From Gemmatimonadota bacterium (lineage in GTDB: Bacteria; Gemmatimonadota; Gemmatimonadetes; Gemmatimonadales; GWC2-71-9), in contig QHVC01000044.1 in assembly GCA_003222205.1 (NCBI GenBank), positions 2,510-66,509 of the forward strand: 64,000 nt of DNA. The letters are read 5' to 3'. The notes under the pieces were generated by a model. It was given only the letters and a program-made list of their open reading frames with translations, searched no databases and was not told the DNA's origin. Numbering within the stretch: position 1 is the first letter of the stretch; each line of letters starts with the position of its first letter. Positions 9,257-17,514 of this stretch are shown one piece after another. Made by a program: the position numbers and the translations under genes.

Positions 9257-10412
9257 CGGGCACGAGGTCGAGAAAGCGCAGCTCGCCACCCCGCCGCTCC
9301 AAGGTGCCCTGATCCTCGAGCTCCAGGAGGCACGCGACGAGGCCGTCGGCAGGGTCGAAGATCAACTTGTGGAGCGCGCGCTGCGTGCGCGAGCCGTGCG
9401 TCGCCGGATACTCGCTCAGCGGAAGCTGAAAGAAGGTGTGAAGCTGAACGGCACTACAGCCACGTCGCGCATACTCGATGAGGATGCGACCGGATTGAAT
9501 ATTCCCCGTCCCGCACAGTTCCGGCATTACCAACCCCGGGCGCGAGCCCGGGGTGGCAACGCCGCCTCGGCTTGGGGCTCGGTCCAAGACCCGCAGGTTG
9601 CGGTCGCTCAGATCCCAGCCCCCATACGCGACGCCGAGATCCTCGTCGAAGAGCCGGTTGAAGACGACCAGCGTGTCGGCTGTGCCCGCCGCTTGCAGCA
9701 TCTCGAGCTGGAAGTCGTCGTCGAAGCGGGCGTTCATCAGTTTCACCCCGAGCCGCACGGGGGCGTGGCGGCGGATCCGCTCCGGCACCTCCCGCAGCCA
9801 CCGCAGCACCTGGGCGCGGTCCGCGGCGAGGGGGTCGCCGGCGAGCGTCGGCGAGAAGTCTTTTTCGAGATGCAGCGGCCCATCGCCCCACGCCGCGGCG
9901 AGCGACTGCGTCGTGAAGCGATACTCCCCGTCGCGAAACGGCTCATTGAGCTTCGGCAGGTGGTACTTCACCGACGGCACCACCAGCAGCCGGCCCGCTC
10001 GCGTCAGATCGCGCCCCGCGCGCACGAGCGCCAGGTAATCGTCGAACGAGCGATCCCACCCCCGGCCCTTCCACGTCACCGTCCACCCGTCGGCGCCGCT
10101 CGCGGCCCGGCGTTGCTCGACCTTCATCTTGGTCTCGTGGATGGCCCAGGCGGCCATCGACTGATCGCCGGCGTCGTCCTGCGCGATCACCGTCTTGAGG
10201 ACCGCGAATGCGAGCCCCGCCTCGGCATCTTCCTCGAGCTGTTTCGCGTTCAGCGACAGCTGTCCGGACCCTTTCCCGATCGGATGCGGCAGGGTCGCGC
10301 CAAGGTAATGCGCCGAGAGGTCGAGGTGGTACGTCTCGCGGACGTGGCTGGCGAAGTTGCGTGGCAGCGAGCGCCCGAAGCGCTCGAAATCACGCGCGAG
10401 CTGCGCGCGCAT
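9237..10412 (-). CDS. Dihydroorotate-dehydrogenase-like TIM-barrel protein (function unknown)
   Basis: LPHPIGKGSGQLSLNAKQLEEDAEAGLAFAVLKTV and C-terminal GTGNIQSGRILIEYARRGCSAVQLHTFF follow the DHOD/DPD-family pattern. The start (10412 vs 10448) is uncertain. Confidence 0.6.
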   Translation of the reverse strand: MRAQLARDFERFGRSLPRNFASHVRETYHLDLSAHYLGATLPHPIGKGSGQLSLNAKQLEEDAEAGLAFAVLKTVIAQDDAGDQSMAAWAIHETKMKVEQRRAASGADGWTVTWKGRGWDRSFDDYLALVRAGRDLTRAGRLLVVPSVKYHLPKLNEPFRDGEYRFTTQSLAAAWGDGPLHLEKDFSPTLAGDPLAADRAQVLRWLREVPERIRRHAPVRLGVKLMNARFDDDFQLEMLQAAGTADTLVVFNRLFDEDLGVAYGGWDLSDRNLRVLDRAPSRGGVATPGSRPGLVMPELCGTGNIQSGRILIEYARRGCSAVQLHTFFQLPLSEYPATHGSRTQRALHKLIFDPADGLVACLLELEDQGTLERRGGELRFLDLVPDAHRPR

Positions 10413-11277
10413 CGCGGACGGCCCGGCGGACGGCCTCACGCTCGGCATCCGGCAGCGGCGGTCCCCAGGGATCGTCGCAAGCGTCGTCGGGGATCACGCC
10501 CTCGGCGGCGAGCGCCCAGAGCATACGACGGATATACCCTTCCACCGGAGCTGCGAACGTCGTCGAGCCAAAGGCGTCGAGCAGAGACGTCAAACGGAAA
10601 AACGTCTCGTACTCCCGGTTGCGCCAGCCCAAGAGCACCTGCGCCTGCAAGTCAGTCAGCGCCGATCCCATCCCGATCAGGGCGGCGCGCGCGCCCATCA
10701 TGATGGAGTAGCCGAGAAAGCGGTCCTCGCCGGTGATGAGCAGCCGGTCGGGATGCTCCCGCAGGGCGGCGGCGAGGCGCTGAAAGGTGACCACCGAGTC
10801 GAGCGTCGCGACCTTGATGCCGATCACGTTCGGCAAAGCGAGGATCGCGTGCAGGGTGGCGTCGTCGTAGGGGATACCGCCTGCCGCGTCGTACAGATAG
10901 AAGGCGATGACGGGCAGCTCCGCGCTCAGCGCGTCGTGGTAGGCGGCGGCGTCAGCGCGCCGCGGAAATGCGAGGAGGGCGTCGGCGCCGCCCGCCCGGG
11001 CCTCGCGCGCCATCTCCACCGAGTTGGCGCCGGCGACGATCACCTTGTCGGGAATCGCGCCGCGCCACGTTGCGAGCACAACCCGGCGCTGCTCGGCGGA
11101 GAGGTGCAGGCCCCGCCCCGTGTGCGCCCACACCGCCACGCCGGCGACTGGCTGCGCCGCCATCCAGCCCGCGTAGGCGCGCTGTGCGTCTTCGGCGATG
11201 GCGGCTTTGCGAAACGGCACCGGCACCGCCGGAACGAGGCCCGACTCGAGACGGCGTCGGACCGATGGATTATCCAA
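10390..11277 (-). CDS. DapA/NAL-family class I aldolase (dihydrodipicolinate synthase-like)
   Basis: GLVPAVPVPF...VAGVAVWAHTGRGLHLSAEQRRVV...VIVAG, plus the Schiff-base lysine context VIGIKVATLD. TTG start at 11277 overlaps the upstream stop by 8 nt. Confidence 0.7.
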   Translation of the reverse strand: MDNPSVRRRLESGLVPAVPVPFRKAAIAEDAQRAYAGWMAAQPVAGVAVWAHTGRGLHLSAEQRRVVLATWRGAIPDKVIVAGANSVEMAREARAGGADALLAFPRRADAAAYHDALSAELPVIAFYLYDAAGGIPYDDATLHAILALPNVIGIKVATLDSVVTFQRLAAALREHPDRLLITGEDRFLGYSIMMGARAALIGMGSALTDLQAQVLLGWRNREYETFFRLTSLLDAFGSTTFAAPVEGYIRRMLWALAAEGVIPDDACDDPWGPPLPDAEREAVRRAVRDARAARA

Positions 11278-12043
11278 GCACGCCCTGCGTCACGTTGCCC
11301 GATTCGATGGCCGCCCGATCGCGCTGGCTGAGATCGAGCAGATCCAGCTTCGCCACCGCATTCTCGGGGATCCGCAGCGGCTGGCCCGTCCCGAATACGA
11401 ACCGCTCGACCCCCACGGTAGCGATCAGATGGGCGAGGTGGTCCTCGGGCGGGCCCCAGATCCACGCGATGTCCCACCACACGCGCGCCTGCTCGGCGGC
11501 CGTCGAGCCCCAATGCACTTCCTCGATGAACGGGCGGTCGGCATGGGTGATGACCAGCCGCACGTCGGGATCGCTGCGCAGCAGCGCCCGCACCGAGGCC
11601 GCCGCGAGCTCGGGCACGAGGTCATGCGGGTGCCGCTGGCGCGCGTCCTCCAGCCGCACCGTCATCAGTAGCGGCAGCTTCGCGGCCCCGCACGCGGCGG
11701 CGAGCACCCGCATTTCGTCGCCGACGGGGGCGAGCCCGAAGTGGTGCGGGTCGCAGCGGACCGCCGGGGCGCCGCGCGTGGCGGCGTCGCTCAGCGCTTC
11801 TTCCCAGTGCGGCAGTGCCGGGTGCACGCACGGCACCGGCTCGAGGCGCTCGTGCGCGTCCGCCGCCTCGTACAGCCAGGTGTTGCCCTCCGTCGGGTCG
11901 CGCCAGAACAGACTCGGAAGGTGCGTCACCCACGCCGTGTCGATGCCGGTGCGATCCATCGCGGCGAGCAGCGCCTCCGGCGAGGTTCCGGGCACGCGGC
12001 GCCACGGGTAGGCACCGAGGAAGCCGTTGACGTCGAGGCGCAT
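11270..12043 (-). CDS. Amidohydrolase-2 (TIM-barrel metal-dependent hydrolase) family protein
   Basis: Starts MRLDVNGFLGAYPW at 12043 with an ATGA overlap on the upstream stop. 257 aa, ending ...FVFGTGQPLRIPENAVAKLDLLDLSQRDRAAIESGN. The ORF-track 5' extension to 12649 lies inside the upstream gene. Confidence 0.7.
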   Translation of the reverse strand: MRLDVNGFLGAYPWRRVPGTSPEALLAAMDRTGIDTAWVTHLPSLFWRDPTEGNTWLYEAADAHERLEPVPCVHPALPHWEEALSDAATRGAPAVRCDPHHFGLAPVGDEMRVLAAACGAAKLPLLMTVRLEDARQRHPHDLVPELAAASVRALLRSDPDVRLVITHADRPFIEEVHWGSTAAEQARVWWDIAWIWGPPEDHLAHLIATVGVERFVFGTGQPLRIPENAVAKLDLLDLSQRDRAAIESGNVTQGVLG

Positions 12044-12843
12044 CAGTCGCCGGGGAAACTGCGAGGCGGGAAGATCCGTGCCGCGTTCTTCCAGCGGATC
12101 AGCTCCAGCGGCTCGGGCGGCAGCAGGCGCTCGAGATACCGCAGCTTGGCCCACCCCGTTTCCATCGTCATATCGGTCCCCCACAGCAGCCGCTCGGCAC
12201 CCACCGCGGCGAGACACGCCTCGAGCATCCCCCCGTCCACGCCGCTTCCCGAGAGATCCACGAGCACGTTCCCGTGCCGCGACACCACCGCCAGCGAGTG
12301 CAGCCAGTCCCCGCCCCCGCCGATATGGGCGAGAATGAAATGCACCGTGGGATGTCGGGCGGCGAGGTGGCACAGCTCGGCGGCGTCGGACGCCTCCTGG
12401 CCCGGCCAGTCCCGACGACGGTGCTGCCAGATGTGGTGGAGGATCGGCAGCCCGTGTCGAGCGCCGGCGGCGCAGATCGGATCGAGCAGCGGATCGGTGG
12501 CGCGACGGCTCGCGGCGAGCTTGATGCCGACGGCGCCGGCCGCGCGGCCCCGCTCGATCTCGGCAAGCGCGTGGTCCGGGTAGTTCGGGTTGACACAGAC
12601 ATAAGTGCGGACGCGCCGGGGCTGCTCGCGCTGCAGGCCGAACGCCCACTCGTTGCCGTAGGTCACGTCGGCGGGCGACGGGAAGTACGTGGGGGAGCTG
12701 CGGCCGAACGTGCCGAGCACCGAGTTGAGGTGCACGGTGATTCCGATGCGTTCCCCGGCCCGGAGGCGGCTGGCGTTGTACTCGCGCCAGTCGGCCCGCG
12801 CGCTGCGCTCGGGGAAGAAGTGGGCGTGGACGTCGATGAGCAT
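12043..12843 (-). CDS. Amidohydrolase-2 family protein
   Basis: Starts MLIDVHAHFFPE (HxH metal motif) at ATG 12843. Also has ILHHIW, ILAHIGGGGDW and LLWGTDMTME motifs. Confidence 0.75.
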   Translation of the reverse strand: MLIDVHAHFFPERSARADWREYNASRLRAGERIGITVHLNSVLGTFGRSSPTYFPSPADVTYGNEWAFGLQREQPRRVRTYVCVNPNYPDHALAEIERGRAAGAVGIKLAASRRATDPLLDPICAAGARHGLPILHHIWQHRRRDWPGQEASDAAELCHLAARHPTVHFILAHIGGGGDWLHSLAVVSRHGNVLVDLSGSGVDGGMLEACLAAVGAERLLWGTDMTMETGWAKLRYLERLLPPEPLELIRWKNAARIFPPRSFPGD

Positions 12844-12856
12844 GTCGAGCAGGAAT

Positions 12857-14020
12857 CTACGCGTCGCGCAGCACCTCGCCCAGGATTTCCAGGGTCCGGT
12901 CGATAACGCCGTCATCATGGGCCAGCGACACAAAGTTGTACGCCGTCCGCTTGAACAAGAGGCCCCGCCGCGCGCAGCCGACCGCTACCGCCCGGGAAAC
13001 GTCCTCGCTCGCGAACTGCAGGAAGCTCATCGCGGCGACCCCGCCGACCCCGACGACGCGCTCCGCGTGGTCGCGTTGCAGCCGGTGGAGGCCGTGGAAC
13101 AACCGCGTCCCCACCCGCTGCAGGTGCTCGCACACCTGCTCGCGCTCGAACACGGCGAGCGTCGCCTGGGCCGCCGCGAGCGCCACCGCCTCCGTCGCCA
13201 GCGTCGAGGAGATCCAGGTGCGGTGGGCGTGCTCCATCAGTTCGGCCCGACCACCCACCACCGCCAGCGGGAACCCGTTCGCCAGCGCCTTACCCAGCAC
13301 CGCGAGGTCCGGCTGGACCCCCCAGCGCTCGGCGGCGCCGCCGATGGCGATACGGAACGCCGTCTTGATCTCGTCGAAGACGAGCACGGCGCCGGCGCGC
13401 CGCGTCTCCGCCCGCAGCGTTTCGAGCCACTCCCGGCTCGGCTCGCTGACCACCAGCGGTTCGACGACGACCGCCGCCAGCCGGGACCCCGCGTCGCGGA
13501 TCATCCCTCGCGCCAGCGCGGCGTCGTTGAAGGGCAGCTCGGCGAACACGGCGCTCGTCCCCGCGGGTACGCCCTCCGCCCGCCCCTGCGACCAGTCGAG
13601 CCAGCCGTGATAGCCGCAGCCGAACACGAGCTCGCGGCCCGTCGCCACACGCGCCAGCCGCACCGCTGCCGCCACGGCTTCCGCCCCGGTCTTGAGAAAC
13701 CGCACGCGCTCGAGCCACGGAATCCGCCGCGCCAGCGCCTCGGCGAGCTCCGCCTCGAGGACCGGCGGCAACGGGCCCACGACGCCGGCGTCGAGCGCCA
13801 CCTGCGCGGCGCGGTTCACGGCTTCGTGGCCGTACCCCAGCGCCACCGCACCGAGGGCCATGACGTAGTCCAGGTACTCGCGGCCGTCCGCGTCCCAGAC
13901 CCGGCAGCCCCGCGCGCGCGTCATGCGGCGCGGGACGCCCGGCTCATCGCCCGCGCCGAACAGCGCGTCGGGACGCTTACTGCCGGTCGAGGTGAACCCG
14001 GGGATCCGCGAGTCGCTCAC
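12857..14020 (-). CDS. Class-III (PLP) aminotransferase, glutamate-1-semialdehyde aminomutase-like
   Basis: VWDADGREYLDYVMALGAVALGYGH, FLKTGAEAVAAAVRLAR, VFDEIKTAFR and the lysine context AVLGKALANGFPLAVVGG. The start is uncertain: GTG 14020 is chosen, and ORF-track 14086 overlaps the upstream gene by 110 nt. Confidence 0.75.
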   Translation of the reverse strand: MSDSRIPGFTSTGSKRPDALFGAGDEPGVPRRMTRARGCRVWDADGREYLDYVMALGAVALGYGHEAVNRAAQVALDAGVVGPLPPVLEAELAEALARRIPWLERVRFLKTGAEAVAAAVRLARVATGRELVFGCGYHGWLDWSQGRAEGVPAGTSAVFAELPFNDAALARGMIRDAGSRLAAVVVEPLVVSEPSREWLETLRAETRRAGAVLVFDEIKTAFRIAIGGAAERWGVQPDLAVLGKALANGFPLAVVGGRAELMEHAHRTWISSTLATEAVALAAAQATLAVFEREQVCEHLQRVGTRLFHGLHRLQRDHAERVVGVGGVAAMSFLQFASEDVSRAVAVGCARRGLLFKRTAYNFVSLAHDDGVIDRTLEILGEVLRDA

Positions 14021-14726
14021 CGTATTTGCCGATCTCGATGGCCATCGCCCGCAGCAGTTTCGCCTCCCGCTGGTCCAACGGCACACGGTGCACGACCTCG
14101 CGCACGGTGCGCATGATCTGCTCGCGGTCGCGAGTCTTGAAGAACTCGACCACGGCGAGCGCCCGCTCCACGTCCGCGAACAACCGCTCCAGCTCCTCTA
14201 CCGTCGCGGGGGGTGCCGCCCGCCGCGGCGCCTTGAACGGGCGTTCCTCGGCCCCCCCGGCCAGCGCCAGCTCGTAGAGCGTCACCGCCACCGCGTGCCC
14301 CAGGTTCAGGCTCGCGTAGTCGGGCGCCGTGGGAATCGTGACGAGGCGGTGGCAGCGGTCCAGCGCCTCGTTCGAGAGCCCTTTGTCCTCCCGCCCGAAC
14401 AGCAGCGCCACCGCGCCGGTCTCCGCGGCGGCGAGCAGCTCGGCGGCCGCGGCCCGGGGGCGCTGCACGTTGCGCTTGACGCTGCGGCCGCGGGCCGTGA
14501 AGCCGACCACGTGGACGCAGTCCGCGAGGGCGTCCTCCAGGCGCTCGAACACGCGCACCCGCGCCAGCAGGTCGCGCGTCTGGTGCGCGATGCCCTCGAC
14601 CCGATACGCGTCGTACTCCCGCGGCGCGACGAGCCGCAGGTCCTGGAAGCCGAAGTTCTTCATCGCCCGCACCACGTGGGCGATGTTGACCAGATCCTGC
14701 GGTTCATCCAAGACTGTGATGATCAT
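13977..14726 (-). CDS. SpoU/TrmH-family RNA 2'-O-methyltransferase (TrmJ-like)
   Basis: Starts MIITVLDEPQDLVNIAHVVRAMKNFG (ATG 14726). Also LLFGREDKGLSNEAL and IPTAPDYASLNLGHAVAVTLYE, the SPOUT knot motifs. Confidence 0.8.
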   Translation of the reverse strand: MIITVLDEPQDLVNIAHVVRAMKNFGFQDLRLVAPREYDAYRVEGIAHQTRDLLARVRVFERLEDALADCVHVVGFTARGRSVKRNVQRPRAAAAELLAAAETGAVALLFGREDKGLSNEALDRCHRLVTIPTAPDYASLNLGHAVAVTLYELALAGGAEERPFKAPRRAAPPATVEELERLFADVERALAVVEFFKTRDREQIMRTVREVVHRVPLDQREAKLLRAMAIEIGKYGERLADPRVHLDRQ

Positions 14727-14728
14727 AC

Positions 14729-14764
14729 GTCCGACCGTCCGACAGTCCGGCGGCTCATCCGACC
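14729..14764. repeat. Tandem octamer array GTCCGACN (3 units + partial) filling the heparinase/trmJ-like intergenic gap
   Basis: Read directly: gtccgacc gtccgaca gtccggcg gctca tccgacc. It lies between the trmJ-like start (14726) and the heparinase stop (14755-57). Confidence 0.9.
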
Positions 14765-17514
14765 AGCTCCAAGATCCCGAAACGCTCCGCCGCCTGCCGA
14801 TCCCCCTGCAACCACACCCACCCATCTCCGCCGCTCCAGACCAGCTGCCCCGCCCGCCGCTCCCGCCCGGGGAGCATCTCGTTGACGATCAGATCGAACC
14901 CGATCCGGCCCCCGAAATGGGCGCGGAACGGCCCGGGCCACGCGATCGCGACGGTGAGGTGGTAGCCGGTCTCCGTGCGCCGCCACCCGCCCCGCACGCC
15001 GCTGGGGTCCCCGGGCGACTCCCCCGCGCCGCGCGCGCGCACGCGGCCGCCGTCTGCCGGCTCCGGCACCACCAGGTATCCGAACGTAGCCGCGCCGTCC
15101 ACGTCGCGCAGATACAGCTGCACCCCGTCGGCGTGGATGTCGTCGGGCTCGTTGTCGAGTCGCAGCGGCGGCGCATCGCCGGCCCGGAAGCAGACGTCCG
15201 GCTTCGTCACGTCGACCGCGACGTACAGCGCCTCGTCATCCCAGCCGGCGTAGGCGAGCGCCGATAGCTGCGCTGGTCCCACATATGGCTCTTCGGCGCG
15301 CCGGTACTGGTCCTCGGCGTCGAGCCGCAGCGGCTCGGACAGGTCGAAGCCCTCGAGCGTGCCGTCGAGCGCCGGCGGATGCGCCACGCGGTACGCGGCG
15401 CCGGTGGGTGGCCGCGCCGGGTCGATCTCGAGAATCGGTTTGAACGGGGGCTCGCTCTCGACCGGTCCAGCCAGCTGCACCGTCCCGGCCGGCGTCTGGA
15501 CTCGCCAGCTGGTCCCGTCATCGTGATGGCGCTCGACGCCCTTCGCGGTCGTGATCTCGACCGCACCGCCAGCGACCGTCATGCCATGCACTGCGGTCTC
15601 GCCCGTCGTCGGCTCGAGCACGGCCACCAGCCGCGCGTTGCGCCCGCGCACGCGCAGCAGGTAAAACGTCGCCTGGCTCCCGCTGCCCGGGACGCCCGGC
15701 CCCTCGGCGCGGAGCAGCTCGGCCGCGGAGCCGAGATGCAGCGTCAACCGCGCGCCGGCCGCCGCGTGCTCGATCACGATGGGCACCGCGTCCCTCCCCT
15801 CGGGGACGAAGCGCTCCACGCGTGAAACGAACTCGTCCGCGAGCTCGCCAGGCTCCCACCTCCCCGGCAAGGTCACATCCCCACGTCCCGCCAGGTGGTA
15901 GGGGAGCTCGAGCAGGCGCTCCTCGCCGCCCGTCAGCTCGATCACATCAACGAGATACGCCGGCCCGGAGACGACGGCGCGGTTGAGCGGTCCCCATCGC
16001 CCCCGGACCCAGGCCCAGTCTCCCCCCTCCGGCGCGTCGAAGGCTTCACAGACGGCGTCGCTCATGGGCTGAGACTCGCCGCCCAAGCGCGGCGCATTGT
16101 GGGAGAGTGTGGACCGATACCAGAACAAGTCGCGGGAAACGTACGAGCCGGTGCCGGGATCGGGCAGCCAGTGGACGCCGTCCGCATGGAGCGTGAGGTG
16201 GAGCCGGTCGGGGTGGCCGTGGCCGCCGCCGTAGGGCCCGCACTCGAGGCTTGCGTAGCGGGCGCCCGAGCGCAGGATCGCGAGTCCCTGACTCGGGAGG
16301 AGCACGCTCTCCGGGCGCCACGGCTCGGCGTCGGGGAGGGCGGGAGGCATCTCGAGGAGTGACCACCACGAGAGCGAGATGCGGGATGGGGGATGGGGGA
16401 TGGGGGCGATCGGCGCATCGTGAAGATAGGACTCGAACAACTCGAGTTTGGTGGCTGGTGCCTGATACAGAGCCTGGAGCCAACCCGACACCTCCCGCGT
16501 CCCCCATCCCGCATCCCCCATCCCGAGTCTTCCCAACCCCACCTCCCACGTCTCCAGATACATCGGCTGCGCGAGCGAAATGCCGAAACGCGAGTCCTTC
16601 CGCGCCGGAAACGTCAGATCGGGGAGGGCGCTGCGCGCCGGCGCGAGCAGCGCCAGCGTGATGCGCTCCCGCAGCTGCTCGTCGGCGAAGCAGTCGAGTC
16701 CCGCGAGCGCCGCCCACCCCGCACCGGTGAGCAGGCCGCGCAGAGCGAAGAGGTGGTAGTTCTCGCCCTCGTACCACAAGCCGTCGGCCCGGAAGCCGCG
16801 CAGGTGCTGGACCAGGCCCGTCGCGTCCTCGATGGCGCGCCGCGCCAGTCCTTCGTCCTCGAACCACACGGCGATGGCGGCGAGGGCGGCGTTGTTCCAG
16901 GTCTGACGGTTGGAGAAGCCCTCGTCGAAGTCGCCGATCAGCGTGGCCGCCTCGTCGGCGACGATGTTGACGCCGCGTTCCGTCGCTTCGTCCAGCGCTC
17001 CCGCCGCCCGCAACAGCCAGGCGGCGCTCACGTAATTCAGCACCCAGAGCGACTCAAGGTAAGTCGAAAAGAACAGCCGGCTCGGGCCGAGCACGTTGTC
17101 CGCGTTGGGATACCGGAAGTAGCGCGCGGCATAGGCGGAGAGGATGTCGCGCGCGCGCGCGCCCGCCGCCGGGGCGCCGCCCAGGGCTGCGAGCGCGGCA
17201 AGGTGGGCCGCCCGCTCGGCCAGCCACAGGTGTTGGTACTTGGCCCAGGCGCGGTCGTGACGGATACCGCGAGCCACCTCGCCGCACCGTGGGCAACGGT
17301 GCGCGTCCGGGCTCCAGGGGTCAAACACGAGCGCCGTCCCATCCTTCGGGCACACGCCCCCGTCCATCGAGAGCAGCGCCTTATGCTCGGGCACGGGCGG
17401 CAGCCGCGCCAGCAGCGGAGCCGCGCGCTCCGTGAGGTGCGCGAGGAGGCGTTGCAAGTCCGGCGCCGCCGCAATTTCCAGGCGGCGCTCCGCCAGCCGC
17501 TCCGCCGTCACCAC
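14755..17514 (-). CDS. Heparinase II/III-like polysaccharide lyase family protein with C-terminal carbohydrate-binding-like domain
   Basis: 919 aa. N-terminal alginate-lyase-like helical region, then LECGPYGGGHGHPDRLHLTLHADGVHWLPDPGTGSY (Hepar_II_III pattern). The C-terminus DGTLEGFDLSEPLRL...AYAGWDDEALYVAVDV resembles CBM9/DOMON-type modules. The CDS contains the in-frame repeat element 16378-16524. Confidence 0.75.
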   Translation of the reverse strand: MVTAERLAERRLEIAAAPDLQRLLAHLTERAAPLLARLPPVPEHKALLSMDGGVCPKDGTALVFDPWSPDAHRCPRCGEVARGIRHDRAWAKYQHLWLAERAAHLAALAALGGAPAAGARARDILSAYAARYFRYPNADNVLGPSRLFFSTYLESLWVLNYVSAAWLLRAAGALDEATERGVNIVADEAATLIGDFDEGFSNRQTWNNAALAAIAVWFEDEGLARRAIEDATGLVQHLRGFRADGLWYEGENYHLFALRGLLTGAGWAALAGLDCFADEQLRERITLALLAPARSALPDLTFPARKDSRFGISLAQPMYLETWEVGLGRLGMGDAGWGTREVSGWLQALYQAPATKLELFESYLHDAPIAPIPHPPSRISLSWWSLLEMPPALPDAEPWRPESVLLPSQGLAILRSGARYASLECGPYGGGHGHPDRLHLTLHADGVHWLPDPGTGSYVSRDLFWYRSTLSHNAPRLGGESQPMSDAVCEAFDAPEGGDWAWVRGRWGPLNRAVVSGPAYLVDVIELTGGEERLLELPYHLAGRGDVTLPGRWEPGELADEFVSRVERFVPEGRDAVPIVIEHAAAGARLTLHLGSAAELLRAEGPGVPGSGSQATFYLLRVRGRNARLVAVLEPTTGETAVHGMTVAGGAVEITTAKGVERHHDDGTSWRVQTPAGTVQLAGPVESEPPFKPILEIDPARPPTGAAYRVAHPPALDGTLEGFDLSEPLRLDAEDQYRRAEEPYVGPAQLSALAYAGWDDEALYVAVDVTKPDVCFRAGDAPPLRLDNEPDDIHADGVQLYLRDVDGAATFGYLVVPEPADGGRVRARGAGESPGDPSGVRGGWRRTETGYHLTVAIAWPGPFRAHFGGRIGFDLIVNEMLPGRERRAGQLVWSGGDGWVWLQGDRQAAERFGILELVG
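16378..16524. repeat. Inverted pair of GATG(G/C)GG heptamer arrays flanking a 95-nt spacer, in frame inside the heparinase-like CDS
   Basis: Left arm 16378-16405: gatgcgg gatgggg gatgggg gatgggg. Right arm 16501-16524: c ccccatc ccgcatc ccccatc cc. The total of 147 nt equals exactly 49 codons of the minus-strand CDS. Confidence 0.9.
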
